The notes: generated from the sequence alone by a model not told the origin. DNA of 64,000 nt from Utricularia gibba (GCA_002189035.1 NEEC01000015.1:372001-436000); one strand, 5' to 3'. Shown: positions 1-12,290, counted from the stretch's first letter. A program made the numbers and translations.

Positions 1-235
1 GTTTACACTTCGTTGTTCTACTCTTTGCCTTTTGTCCCTAGAACTCGTGCTCTATCCTGTATGCTGTTATTTGGAAGTGCTGCTTCCAAAGTTTTATTAT
101 TATGGATTTGAAAATCCATGACTTCTGTCCCGTTTGCTGTTTCTAAACCCCTTGTTGTGCATTGTGTACAAATATATCGTGACTGAAAATTCTTTTTGTT
201 TATCCTGAACGTTGTTTTCTCTCTGAAACATGTAG

Positions 236-2271
236 GAGGCTCAACAATAACTCGTTGTCTGGAGAGATTCCCGTGTCTCTAACATCAATCACAACACTTC
301 AAGTCCTGTATGGATCAATTCAGATGATCATTGATCTTAGTCTTCATTACACTACGAATTCTAATATACGCATGTGTGCATGTCTGTGCTTGTATCTGCA
401 GTGATCTTTCAAGTAATCTGCTCACAGGAACCATTCCTTTTAATGGATCGTTTCAGCTTTTTACACCTATCAGGTTTATATTTTACATATATTTATCGAA
501 GATGAGGTGTTTTGAAAATTTTTTAGTTGAGGCAAACGATTCTGTGTTCTTTCAGTTTTGCCGGAAACAACTTGGCACCCCTGCCCGCATCTCCTCCACC
601 CCCGGCTCAGCCATCCACTCCCTCTCCCTCAGGTAGAGTTCTTGAAATCGTATAAAAGTTGCAGTTTATGATGGTTTCGCTTTTAATGTGTTAGTGCACG
701 GGCACCAAACACACCGTACAGAATCCTGACTGAATACCCAAGTTTCTTGCTCATGAATGCTGCATTCCAGACTGAGAATCTTCTGCTAGAATAGCATCAG
801 TTACATATTCTTCATCTTACAAAAAAAAAATGATGGCTTAAAAGGAATTATAATTGCAGTCGGCAACGGAGCCACTGGAGCAATTGCTGGAGGTGTTGCT
901 GCCGGGCTGCTGTGCTGTTTGCTGCTCCAGCAATTGTGCTGGCTTGGTACCGAAGGAGGAGGCCGCAAGATCATTTCTTTGACGTGCCCGGTTTGTCAAT
1001 TTAACATGATGCATCCCTGTACACTTGCTTTCAGTTATCACTCAGTATGTCTCTCTACTTTCAGCTGAGGAGGATCCTGAAGTTCATTTGGGGCAGCTTA
1101 AACGATTTACTCTGCGTGAACTCCAAGTGGCAACGGATAACTTTAGCAACAAAAACATCCTCGGCAGAGGTGGATTTGGTAAGGTTTATAAAGGGCGACT
1201 AACGGATGGGTCACTAGTTGCAGTCAAAAGATTGAAAGAAGAGCGCACTCAAGGTGGAGAGCTGCAGTTCCAAACAGAGGTCGAAATGATCAGCATGGCT
1301 GTGCACCGGAACTTACTCCGACTGCGCGGCTTTTGCATGACCCCAACAGAAAGGCTGCTTGTATATCCATATATGGCCAATGGAAGTGTTGCCTCGTGCT
1401 TGAGAGGTACCGGTGACCGTAGTCTATGCTGTTATGAGCTCCTACTTACTCTTACTGAGCTGCTTAATTTGCCTTCTCAGAGCGACCGGAATCACAGGAG
1501 CCCCTTGTCTGGCAGAGAAGAACAGGCATAGCACTCGGCTCGGCAAGGGGATTAGCGTATCTTCATGATCACTGTGACCCCAAAATTATTCACCGTGATG
1601 TCAAAGCCGCGAATATACTGTTGGATGAGGACTTTGAAGCCGTGGTTGGCGACTTTGGTTTAGCAAAACTGATGGACTACAAGGACACTCATGTCACTAC
1701 AGCTGTGCGTGGAACGATTGGTCACATAGCTCCGGAGTACCTTTCCACCGGCCGATCATCGGAGAAAACAGATGTGTTTGGCTATGGAGTCATGCTTCTT
1801 GAACTGATAACAGGACAGAGAGCTTTTGATCTTGCCCGGCTCGCCAACGACGATGATGTCATGTTGCTCGATTGGGTGAGCTTCACTTGTGGTGCCTGAG
1901 CGGCCATCGCTCTACACTCTTTCCACGTAATCATGTGCTTGTTTCCGCTTCAGGTGAAAGGACTCCTGAAGGAAAAGAAACTGGAAACACTGGTTGATGC
2001 TGATCTCCAGGGCAAGTACAATGAGCAAGAGGTGGAGCAGCTCATCCAGGTAGCCCTCCTCTGCACGCAGAGTTCTCCGACGGAACGGCCCAAGATGTCG
2101 GAAGTCGTCCGGATGCTGGAGGGTGATGGCCTGGCTGAGAGGTGGGAAGAATGGCAGAAGGAAGAGATGTTCAGGCCGGATTTCAACCACACCCCTCATC
2201 CCCACGCGGATTGGATAATCCCGGATTCGACTTCGCACATCCGACCAGACGAACTTTCCGGCCCTAGATGA
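236..2271 (+). CDS. SERK: SERK-family LRR receptor-like kinase (SERK3/BAK1-like), 5'-truncated by the window edge; 7 exons visible; apparent -1 frameshift at 904-906
   Basis: Exons about 236-307 and 402-473 (72-nt LRR exons), 556-632 (SPP motif [14 protein letters not shown]), 860-990 ([13 protein letters not shown]...[15 protein letters not shown]), 1064-1407 ([25 protein letters not shown]), 1481-1875 ([25 protein letters not shown]), 1953-2271 (ends ELSGPR). GT-AG borders throughout. Confidence 0.95.
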
Positions 2272-3513
2272 TCCGTCGCTCAAGCTTTTCCCTGGTCAAA
2301 ATCAATGGCTTTTCTTCTTTGTACATGTTTCCTGTTTTTCCCCTTTCCTACGTAGCTTCTGGTTTTCGATAACTAGAATTTTGCTGATCAAGAACAGAGT
2401 CTTCTGCTTCGTTGTAGAGCTCGGGTGTTGGAACGATGGCATTCTTAAGAATCACTTGCAGAAACCTCCGGTGTGATTTTTTTCTCAATTTTTAAAAACA
2501 TATTCTTCCCTAAAAAAAAGGGTATTGGATTGGATTGACGGTGCAATCAGAAACAGAAGAGGTGGTGTTCTCTTAGTTAGGGCACAGGAATCGCCTTTTG
2601 GAGGAAAACCAGGTTTCGAGCTAACTTTGTGTACTGTTAATGGAGGGGAAGGGCTGGGCGGCCGGTGGGCCACCCTCCTCCTTCTGTTCTTCTTCTTCTT
2701 CTCAGATCATGGGTAAAAGCGCATATTTGGACGTATTTCACCGTAGCACAGCCGCGTCTAGTTTCCACCTCGCGCCTCAATTCTTGTCCTCCATTGAAAT
2801 GATGGAGCTCACTGCCTTCGCTTTCGGCTGGCGATTTCTTGTCTAGAAAAACCCCGGTGCTATCCGGAACGACGATGATCCACCATCACAAACTGTGTCG
2901 TTTCACACACGCCGGAACGCATTCCCGTTTAGAATTGATTTTCTATTTTGGAAGGCTTGCAGGTGAAGAAAGATTGATTTTTTATGGTGCTGAAAGGAGA
3001 GAAACGCCCAAAACTGCACTTTTGAGTGACGGGAGGAGATATTGAAGAAGCAAAAAGATGTGGGTATCCCGAAGTACACGAGGTACAAGGAACCGTGCAC
3101 CGAAATATCCCAACCCGCCATTAATTCTACAAGTTCTTTGAATGTGGACAGGCTCTTCAGTTCTCCAAATGTGTGAAACTCCTAAACAGAGTAAAGTCTT
3201 GCTTTGACCAACTCTTATGAAGTTTTTTTCTTTTTGTTTTGTATGCGATTAGAATATCATTGCCGTTAATGGGCAACGTCAATGAATTCTGGATGTGTTC
3301 CCACATGTGATTAGAATTGTCATCTCGTGCCACGTGTTTTTGTACTTGTCTAACCATGATCCGGATGATACGCTTTAGGGCAGCAAGTCAAGGTCAACTA
3401 CGGCATAAGCACGAGATATAGAACCTGCACCTATTGTTGCCTTGGGTTCGAAAACTCAGATGTGAGTCTAGATTAGGGGGTGATTCATTATGAATGAGGC
3501 TGATGTTCAATCC

Positions 3514-3612
3514 AGGTTCATATGGTTGAGTTTCGTTTTATAGCTGACCTCATCTGGATTTGTTTCCTTTATATCTCAGTGGGTGTTCTTCATTCCTGGG
3601 CATAACGAACCT
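3514..3612. promoter_or_regulatory. Two EIL/SLIM1-type binding-site matches upstream of the sulfate transporter
   Basis: AGGTTCAT at 3514-3521 (reverse complement ATGAACCT) and ACGAACCT at 3605-3612 both fit AYGWAYCT. They lie 60-160 bp upstream of the SULTR1 ATG. Short motifs, so function is unproven. Confidence 0.4.
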
Positions 3613-3675
3613 GTAGAAATCCGAGGTGGGGTGTTTCTCCTTTTTCCTTCAGTTGCTTGATTCTTTTATTTATGA

Positions 3676-6397
3676 ATGGCGACTTCTTTCAGGATGACTA
3701 GCGGTAGGATTACTCAGGGAGACGAAGATATTCAAGGAGAGAAAGGGCCGTATGTTTACAAAGTGGGAGTGCCTCCTAAAAAGGATACACTGAGTGAGAT
3801 ACAGCATGCAGTGAAGGAGACATTTTTCCTCGATGAATCTTTACGTAGATTCAAGGATCAGCCGAGATCAAAGCAGCTGTGGCTCGGGATTCAGTCTGTT
3901 TTTCCCATTCTTGAATGGGGAAGAAAGTACAAGCTTCACATGCTTAGAGGTGATATCATAGCTGGTCTCACCATTGCAAGTCTTGCAGTTCCTCAGGATC
4001 TCGGCTATGCGAAACTCGCTAACTTGAGACCACAGTTTGGCCTCTGTAAGATTTTCAATATAGACTACACAGCTTTGATGACTTTGTTTTGAGTTGTTTT
4101 GGGTGGGAATGAATGGCAGATGGGAGTTTTGTTCCACCTCTTATTTACTCCATTTTCGGAAGCTCGAGGGATATTGCAATCGGGCCAGTGGCTGTGGTGT
4201 CACTCTTGATTGGAACATTGCTGCAGAATGAGATCGATCCCAAAAAAAATCGAACTGATTATGAAAACCTTGCTTTCACTGCCACTTTCTTTGCTGGGAT
4301 CACTCAGTTGGCGCTCGGCTTCTTCAGGTATGGTGGTGAATATCCCCATGTTTACTATATCAGCAGCATAACGCTGGAAACTGGTTTTCAGGCTTGGATT
4401 CCTGATCGATTTTCTTTCACACGCCGCCATTGTTGGGTTCATGGCTGGAGCAGCAATCACTATTGGACTTCAGCAATTGAAGGGCTTGTTTGGAATCCAG
4501 ACTTTCACCAAGAAAACTGATATCGTCTCTGTTCTGACTTCTGTTTTCTCCAATGCGAAACACGGGGTAAGAGGATCACCATCTTCGACTTTCTGCATTT
4601 TTTGCTCCAACAAATGGAATCTAATGTTTAGATGAACAGTGGGACTGGGAAACCATTGTAATAGGAGTTGCCTTCTTGATCTTTCTCCTTTTCTGCAGAT
4701 ACATGGTAAGACTCCTGCCATTCTCCTCACAACTTCCTTTTTTTTAGTTTGAAAAGTAACAGGGTTGATCTTTTTTTTTGAACCAGGGGAAGAGAAACAG
4801 AATATTCTTCTGGGTTTCAGCGACAGCACCTCTGTTTTCTGTAATCATCTCAACGCTATGCGTTTACCTTACTCGTGCTGACAAAAGAGGAGTTCAAGTG
4901 GTGAGCTGAAAGACGAAATTCTGTCAACTATAACAACAACAATGCATGCGAAATTTCTCATCCATCTTCTCTGATCTCCAAGGTTGGGAAAATCACTGCG
5001 GGAGTCAATCCTTCATCTATTCATAGAATCTTCTTCACTGGCCACTATGTCCTCACTGGATTCAGGATTGGCGTCATCTCAGGGCTGATTGGTCTCACGG
5101 TAAAGAAAAAAAAAAAAAAAAACGTTGCAACTTCACAGTTTACTCCTTTTTCCTTACCATTTTTTCCCATCACAGGAAGCTGTGGCAATCGGAAGAACAT
5201 TCGCTGCGCTGAAAGACTACAGCTTGGATGGGAACAAAGAAATGGTTGCTCTAGGAGCAATGAACGTTGTGGGTTCCTTCACATCCTGCTATGTCACCAC
5301 AGGTAGCTTTAGCCTCCATTCGTCACTTGCAAGGCGTTTCGTTTCTTAGTTTGTAATGAACGGGTAGTTTTCCTCTTCTGTTTCAGGATCGTTCTCCCGT
5401 TCATCGGTGAACTACATGGCCGGAGTGAACACTACTGTTTCAAACATCGTCATGTCCATCGTTGTACTGCTGACACTAGAAGTGATCACTCCTCTATTCA
5501 AGTACACTCCCAATGCCGTCATCTCTGCGATCATCATCGTAGCTGTGGTGGGGCTGGTCAATATTCCAGCCGTGATTCTCCTCTGGAAGGTCGACAAATT
5601 TGATTTCATTACTTGCATGGGAGCCTTCTTGGGCGTCGTCTTCAAATCAGTTGAAATCGGTCTCCTCATTGCTGTAAGCCATAGCCCTCTCTGAATGGCC
5701 ATCGATCATCATCTCATGCAGCACATTTTTTGTTTCTGCAACTTCAGGTCTGCATCTCGTTCCTCAAGATTCTGCTTCAAGTGACACGCCCCCGAATCGC
5801 CCTCCTCGGTAAGATTCCGAGGACCAATGTTTACAGAAACGTTCAGCAATATCCCGAAGCAAGCACAATCCCCGGCGTTGTGATCGTGAGAGTGGATTCC
5901 GCCATCTACTTCTCCAACTCAAACTATGTACGAGAAAGGATCCTATCACAGCTAGCCTATGAAGATGAAGCTGTCAGGGAGCATAAAGTGCAGAGGACCC
6001 AGTACGTCGTCATAGAACTCTCACGTAAGTAACAGCCCCCCCTTTTCAACCCATTACAGCAGGCCGTAGTCCTCTGCATCTAACTGCTTTGAATACTTCT
6101 TCCTTCAGCCGTGACTGATATAGACACCAGTGGAATCCATGCGTTGGAGGATCTGCACAAGACGCTGCAGAAGAGGGATGTGCAAGTAAGCTGCATTCGA
6201 TTGATTCGTTCAGCTCAATCCAGCCTTGTTTTCCGATGACTTCATGGGTGTGGATTTAGGTGGCGCTGGCGAACCCGGGGCAGGGGGTGCTGGGAAAGCT
6301 CCACGATTCGGGATTCATCGCCGCCATCGGGGAGGAGCACGTCTTCCTCACGGTGGCGGACGCGGCGGCGGCTCTGGGGCCCAAGCTCCAGCCATAG
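3676..6397 (+). CDS. SULTR1: Group-1 (high-affinity type) sulfate transporter, SLC26 with C-terminal STAS domain; 11 exons
   Basis: Joined exons give KVGVPPK...[92 protein letters not shown]...VFLTVADA; stop TAG at 6395-6397. Frame intact across all junctions. The start could also be the second ATG about 20 nt downstream. Confidence 0.95.
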
Positions 6398-6790
6398 AAA
6401 TGACCCGACACTTGACCCTTTACATCCTCCACACTCACACACGTTTGCTTGCTCTAATGCGCTTCTGAAACCTGTCATGTGTTTTTTGTTGTTCTTTTGA
6501 ATGAATCAAGAATGCATTTACAACATGCGTTGGTTAGTGCATTAATCGATATTTTATTAATATAATAATAGATTAAAAAAACTTAACTTAGGTTTGAATG
6601 ATATTTTGGAATATTTAATAATTCACATTATGATTAAATCGTTTATTTTTGATAACTTAACCCTTATATTGACGTCATAAAAACAAATGCAGCGCGGGTG
6701 TTCCCTTTATTTCATCATCTCAGAACTGGTGGGAGGATTTCAGACGACAAAGATTGTAGTCTGGAGGAAGAAAGCCAAATTGCTACTGGA

Positions 6791-8721
6791 TCAGATCGCC
6801 GGAAAGCCGCGTTGCACTCCGATTCGGCGCTTCCGAAGACGGTCGGCGATGATGAAAGCGAGTTCCAAGGACTGGGAAGCATTCAGTCTTGGATCACAGT
6901 GCGTGTGATAGCGCGAGCCCAGATCATTGTACGTGATGGTTCTTGATCCTCCGATGCATTCCGTCACGTTCTGGCCGGTCATTTCCAGATGCACGCCTCC
7001 CGGATAGCTTCCCTCTTGGTCGTGTACATCGAAGAACGCTTTAACCTCGGCCTACACAGGAGAAACAGCAACCACTCATGGCGAAGGAAACCAAGGGGAT
7101 ACTTTTGGTTCAGAGAAGTGCTTACCCTGATTGAATCGAAGGAGCGGGTTTTGAGACCACAGGGAGCTTTAATGGTGTTTCCGTGCATTGGATCGCTGAC
7201 CCAGGTGACGATTTGGCCTGCTCGACGAACTGCTCTGATGAGATGAGCAAGCTTCACTCTCATGTTCTCAGCTCCCATTCGGGTGATCACAGTTATCCTC
7301 CCTGGCTTGTTCTCAGGATTCAGAATGTCAATCAGCTTCACAAGCTCCAATGGGTCCATTTTATCACTCACCTTGAAGCATCAAGCAATTGAATGTCAAC
7401 AACCAGAAATATCATAACAGGCAAATGAAGCAGACGGATGGGGAAAGTATGCAGGAGTATTGAAACCTTGATTCCAAGGGGGTTGGAAATTCCTCGTAGA
7501 AACTCAACGTGGCCACCATCCAACTGCCTAGTCCTTTCACCAACCCAAACCATGTGAGCAGAGCAGTCATACCAGAGGCCGGTAGTCGAGTCCTCCCTTG
7601 TAAGAGCTTGCTCGTAAGGTAAAAGTAAGCACTCGTGCGATGTCCAGAACTCGGTAGTCTTCATGATGGGGTGGTCAGCTGTAATGCCGCAGGAAACCAT
7701 GAAGCCAAGGGCCTCGTCCACTCGATGAGCCAACTCCAGATACCTTTCCCAAACAATAAGGAACAATGAAGGTTAACTAACGCATTATCTCGAAACCAAA
7801 CACTGAAGCGCGCACCTATCGCCCTGTTCACTGTGCTCAGTGAAATCAAGGTTCCATTGGCTGACCCTTTGCATTGCAGCGTAGCCGCCGGTGGCAAATG
7901 CTCTGAGCAGATTGAGCGTTGCCACGGACTGTGTATAGGCTTTGATCATCCTCTCCGGGTCTGGAGTTCTTGATTTTTCGTCGAATGCATCACCATTTAT
8001 GTTGTCACCACGGTAACTTGGTAGCTTCACTCCATCCTTTTCCTCATATGGATCAGATCTTGGCTTAGCGAACTGGCCGCCATTCTTCCCACCTGATCAT
8101 ATACACAGAATCCGAATACTAACTGCTCAAGATCAATCAACATAAGAAGAAAAAGAAAGAGCAGATTTCCCCATCAAATATGAAGTCAGAATCTCCCAAG
8201 AAATGTTGCACCATCTGTACATATAGCAGAGGAAGAATCACCTTGATAACGGGCATTTGCCCACCGAACATGAGAACAACGCTCATCTGCAAGAGTACCC
8301 TGAAGGTATCCCTAATGTTATTGGCGTTGAATTCCTTGAAACTCTCAGCACAATCACCACCCTGCAAGAGAAACGCATTCCCCATAGCGGCTTGGCCCAA
8401 GCGATCCTCCAAGCGTCGTGCCTCGCCGGCGAAAACAATAGGAGGGAAGGCTAGCAGTGTATTCAGAACCGATTCTAGAGAAGCCTCATCGGGGTAGTCC
8501 GGGATTTGGAGCGCTTTCTTGGATTTCCAGCTATCAAGGCTCCATTTTTCCGACGCAACATTGGTGGGCGCGGGCGACTGTGGGTTGGAGGATCGAACGG
8601 GTGCGATTCGTTTTAATGAGGGTTTTGGTGGGAGAGACCCAATTAAGAGTACGGGGTTGATCGGAATTCCAGGCAGAAAGGGATTTGAGAGGCGGGTGGC
8701 GGAGGCGGTCGCGGCGGCCAT
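6791..8721 (-). CDS. DHS: Plastid class-II DAHP synthase (shikimate pathway); 5 exons; apparent -1 frameshift at 8077-8078
   Basis: Transit peptide [12 protein letters not shown]..., then [19 protein letters not shown](G)[80 protein letters not shown]. Confidence 0.95.
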
Positions 8722-9815
8722 GGCTTCTTCTTTTTGGAGATCCCTGTATCTTTGGATGCGACTGAAATTTTAACCGACAGGATTGAGTTTCATTTCCTCA
8801 CATCCTCATCAAGCGGCCGATATACCGACACGAAGGCGGAAACGAAGATAGCCGCCGCCTGCAAATGCAAACAAACTTCCAAAAATAGCCCAAAAAAGTC
8901 AACAAAAATCCGAATTTAGAATTACAGAGGGTTTCTTTCATGAAAGACGTTTTCATAACCTCGTATCAACTCTCTCGAGGTCTGAGTTCAATTTCGTATC
9001 AACGAACAGATGCTGGACTGCACACTGTTCGTTTGCAGTAGCGATAATTTGTGAAAGGTGGAACAATCCAGTTCTAGTTTCGGAAAATACAGACAGCCAT
9101 TCTTCTTCCCTGGGAACTGGAAGCCCAGGGAACGTCGGAGGCAGCAGGCGGGGAATGCCGGCGGCACAAGGAAAAACCTGCAAGAAGCAATGCTAACAAC
9201 CAACAGCATCATTAACAGGTTTAACTAAGAAATCAGATGTGGTTTCTCCAAAAGTTGGCAAGATTTTAAATTCTAGGATACCACTCACTTGCCCAGAATT
9301 ATATGCCGCTGCTACAGCAACTCACAATGCGAAAACAAGTAAACCAGTTAGGTATCTGAAAAAATCACAATGGTTAATGTGCTCGGGACTATTAAAAGAA
9401 ACCTGTATGTCAACGCCACAACCCCATTGTACAGTAAAGGAAGAATCAAACTGCAAAAAGGCCTTCTTCATATGTCATTGAAGAGTTGCACAGAAAAGTA
9501 ATCCAGATTAGAATGCAGGGGGGAATGATACAACTCTAGGAGGAACATATAACAACTCAAAAGAGGATGCAGCAAATCATCGAAACTGTCACTTGAGAAG
9601 ATATCAATAACCACAATAGCATAAAGATTACCCTGTAAAGCAAGGGGAGATATGTAACTAACTGTCTGCTTGCCATTTGAAAACAGCAAAAATAGATCAG
9701 CATAATATACAGTGTTCAATGAATTACAACAAACTACGCTGGTTCCTTCGTTAGCAAGCTCTAATCAGCAACACAAGATACCTACAGTAACCCAAGGAAA
9801 ATGTTAATGCAATCA

Positions 9816-11612
9816 TTATGCTGTCTTTACCACCTTATCATCAGCAACAGTATTTAGAATCGGAAGACTGTTAAAAAACTCATCAAGTCCCTCAAAGAAC
9901 CCATTTGCTTCAATGTTATCATCGTCCCCGCAGCTTGGTCCTGGTCCTTCCTCCACCCTTGGTACAGGTTGTTCCTCAGTTTCATTGTTAAACTCAACAT
10001 TCAGATCAAGCCTCCCACAGCTCATAGCGACTCTTCCAGGCTGCTTCCTAGCATTAACAGCCAGCCCTTTTTTATTTGATTCGGAAACCGCTTTATGGGG
10101 TGTCTCCACTCTATTTGGAGAGGCAATTGCATCTTGCAAGTTCAAATCTTTGGCATTGTGAGATTGTGGTTTCTTTGGACCTCTACTTGGCGTCCCACTA
10201 GCCCCTTTTCTTTTCAAAGTGTTAGTTTTCTTCGATTCTGTGTCGCTCTCACCATTCCAGTCTATATCATCACTCCCGCTTGAGTCGGACACATCCACAA
10301 AAAGCTCATCATCATCATCAAAATACACCCTAGGAACAGAGCTCTTCTTCTGTTTAGGAGCAGAATTCCTACTCCATGGCTGGGGGCAACTGAACATAGG
10401 TGAAAATGGAGTCCAGGAGGGAGCAGCATCCTTATTCTTCTTCCAACTCTCGATTGAATAACCCAAAGGCAAAAAACCCCAGCAACAAAAAAACCCTCCT
10501 TGCGCTTCCTCAACAGGAGGCCTTGAGACCACGACTCCCTGGAAGGCCCGTTTACAGTTTGGGCATTTCAAAGTGCAGTCAATATACAGGGTGGGATACT
10601 CGTACATATAATAGCAGTAAGGGCATGCAGTCCAAAAGGTTGTTCCCTCATCATTTACGGGCTTGTTTATTCCTTCGTCTCCATGTTCTCTCCCTGGAAC
10701 ATCGTTATTCTCCTTCTCCCCAGCATTACTATTTAAGCCAGCATGATGAATCGAATCCACATCCCCATCAAATCGTTCTGTATGCATTTTCTTGTGAATA
10801 GCATCCACTTGCTCCTGAATCGGAATAGGAGCGGGCGGCAGAGCTGGAGCCGGAGCTGGAACCACATTCGATTCAAACGTCGTGCGGGTCTCCTCCTGTA
10901 ACTGCTCACTCCTAGTCCTGGTTTCATGGGTCGATTTGATTAGAGGAGCAAAAGACGAAGTGGAATCAGAAGCAAATCGCATGAAATTCTGAGGCTCTCT
11001 CACAGAATCAGAAATCACTGGCGCAACACGACAACTTGAGGGAGCCTGCACTTGAGGAAAATGAGTTCCACCATGTGGTTGAGGAACACCACCCGAACTT
11101 TCTCTCCCAAAAAAAAGGAAAGTCTGGTGCATGGCAGCTTGCGTAGAGGTAATAAACGGATGAGGGAGCTGCTGCGGTGGCACGAAGCTGAAAGCTTCCT
11201 TATCAAAAGCGCACTTCCTCGAAGGGTTCGACAGTACGGACCATGCTTCAAACACGAGGCGAAAAGCGTCCTCTGCGAAAGGAAATCTGTTCATCTGAGG
11301 ATTAAGAAGCAAAGCCAAGCTCTGGTAATGACTAGCCACGAGCTCCCCATCCTGCCCCTGCTGCGGCGAAAGACGAAGAACGGCGTACCAATCCACCAAT
11401 CCGCTCCCTATCCGCCGGTCACCAACGATAAGCGTATCTGCAATAGCAAGTATTTCCTCCGCCGATGAAATCGTGGGGTCGGAGTCACGCGCCCTCGTCG
11501 CGAACGTCTTGCTGCCTAACAAGTCACGGGTGGCGAGCAGCTTCTCCGCGATCGACAACCACTGGAGAGCCTTCACCCGATTAGTGGTCGTCGGAAAAAA
11601 TGGATGCTCCAT
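9816..11612 (-). CDS. Intronless J-domain-like protein of the SDJ/DNAJ1 (SUVH1/3-interacting) type with a Cys4 zinc-ribbon
   Basis: N-terminus WLSIAEKLLATRDLLGSKTFA...DWYAVLRL...LALLLNP...FPFAEDAF; FWTACPYCYYMYEYP...CPNC; FFCCWGF; C-terminal LDLNVEF and FFEGLDEF. First ATG at 11612 (the ORF track starts at a GTG). Confidence 0.85.
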   Translation of the reverse strand: MEHPFFPTTTNRVKALQWLSIAEKLLATRDLLGSKTFATRARDSDPTISSAEEILAIADTLIVGDRRIGSGLVDWYAVLRLSPQQGQDGELVASHYQSLALLLNPQMNRFPFAEDAFRLVFEAWSVLSNPSRKCAFDKEAFSFVPPQQLPHPFITSTQAAMHQTFLFFGRESSGGVPQPHGGTHFPQVQAPSSCRVAPVISDSVREPQNFMRFASDSTSSFAPLIKSTHETRTRSEQLQEETRTTFESNVVPAPAPALPPAPIPIQEQVDAIHKKMHTERFDGDVDSIHHAGLNSNAGEKENNDVPGREHGDEGINKPVNDEGTTFWTACPYCYYMYEYPTLYIDCTLKCPNCKRAFQGVVVSRPPVEEAQGGFFCCWGFLPLGYSIESWKKNKDAAPSWTPFSPMFSCPQPWSRNSAPKQKKSSVPRVYFDDDDELFVDVSDSSGSDDIDWNGESDTESKKTNTLKRKGASGTPSRGPKKPQSHNAKDLNLQDAIASPNRVETPHKAVSESNKKGLAVNARKQPGRVAMSCGRLDLNVEFNNETEEQPVPRVEEGPGPSCGDDDNIEANGFFEGLDEFFNSLPILNTVADDKVVKTA

Positions 11613-11809
11613 TTCCACCGACGGACGGCGACTACGGGGAGATTGAACAAAGCTGCAGGCTGCATTATAGGGCCACGAGAAGGGGGTAATGGCGGAATGG
11701 GCGCCGTAGTTCTGCTGACGTCAGGGTATAATGGGGATTTGAAAATGTTGAGGGTCGTTCCCCTGCCGCCTGTTGTGTTTGTCGAAGCATCCGTCCCAAT
11801 TATTTTACA

Positions 11810-12290
11810 CGTTTTAAAAATTGAAAATTAATTTTAAATTTTTTTATCAGTAAAAACTTGTTATTTTAATTTTTTAACAAAATTTATACATAAGGATTTC
11901 AAATTTGAATAGTATCATTTATCATATGTAATTGTTTAAAGTATTTAATCCATTAATTATTCATTTATGGTATAACATATGTATTTAATATAATATTATA
12001 TTTGATAAATATATTTAAAATAAATAATTTATAAATTTGATAATTTAGAAAAATCCATCTAAAACATAATTATGAAATATATAATTTGAAGTGTTTTAAA
12101 TTGTAAAACACTAATGTATTACTAAATTAATGTATCAAACACATATTATTATCAATATATGAATATTTAAATAGTTATATCAAACTATCAAACATCCTCT
12201 CAATGTATTAATTCCGGTATATACTTTCTCATATGATATATAAATTAAATATAAGAAAAATGAATTTTTTATTAAATAATAATAATAAGA
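11810..12290. other. Very AT-rich intergenic island between the divergent SDJ-like and GDI genes (largest of seven similar islands)
   Basis: Almost no G/C over about 480 bp. Similar blocks at about 6540-6660, 17755-18000, 24350-24750, 29130-29530, 33230-33445 and 42520-42715. Confidence 0.8.

Noticed and set aside
3085-3112. miR171-like sequence (GAACCGTGCACCGAAATATCC)
   Set aside because: Needs several indels against miR171 and there is no convincing fold-back partner.
6670-6677. TGACGTCA bZIP palindrome
   Set aside because: It lies between two convergent 3' ends, far from any TSS; a single 8-mer is expected by chance.
6791-8721. Bacterial-type class-II DAHP synthase as a sign of contamination or transfer
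   Set aside because: Class II is the normal plant plastid enzyme; a transit peptide and four introns are present.
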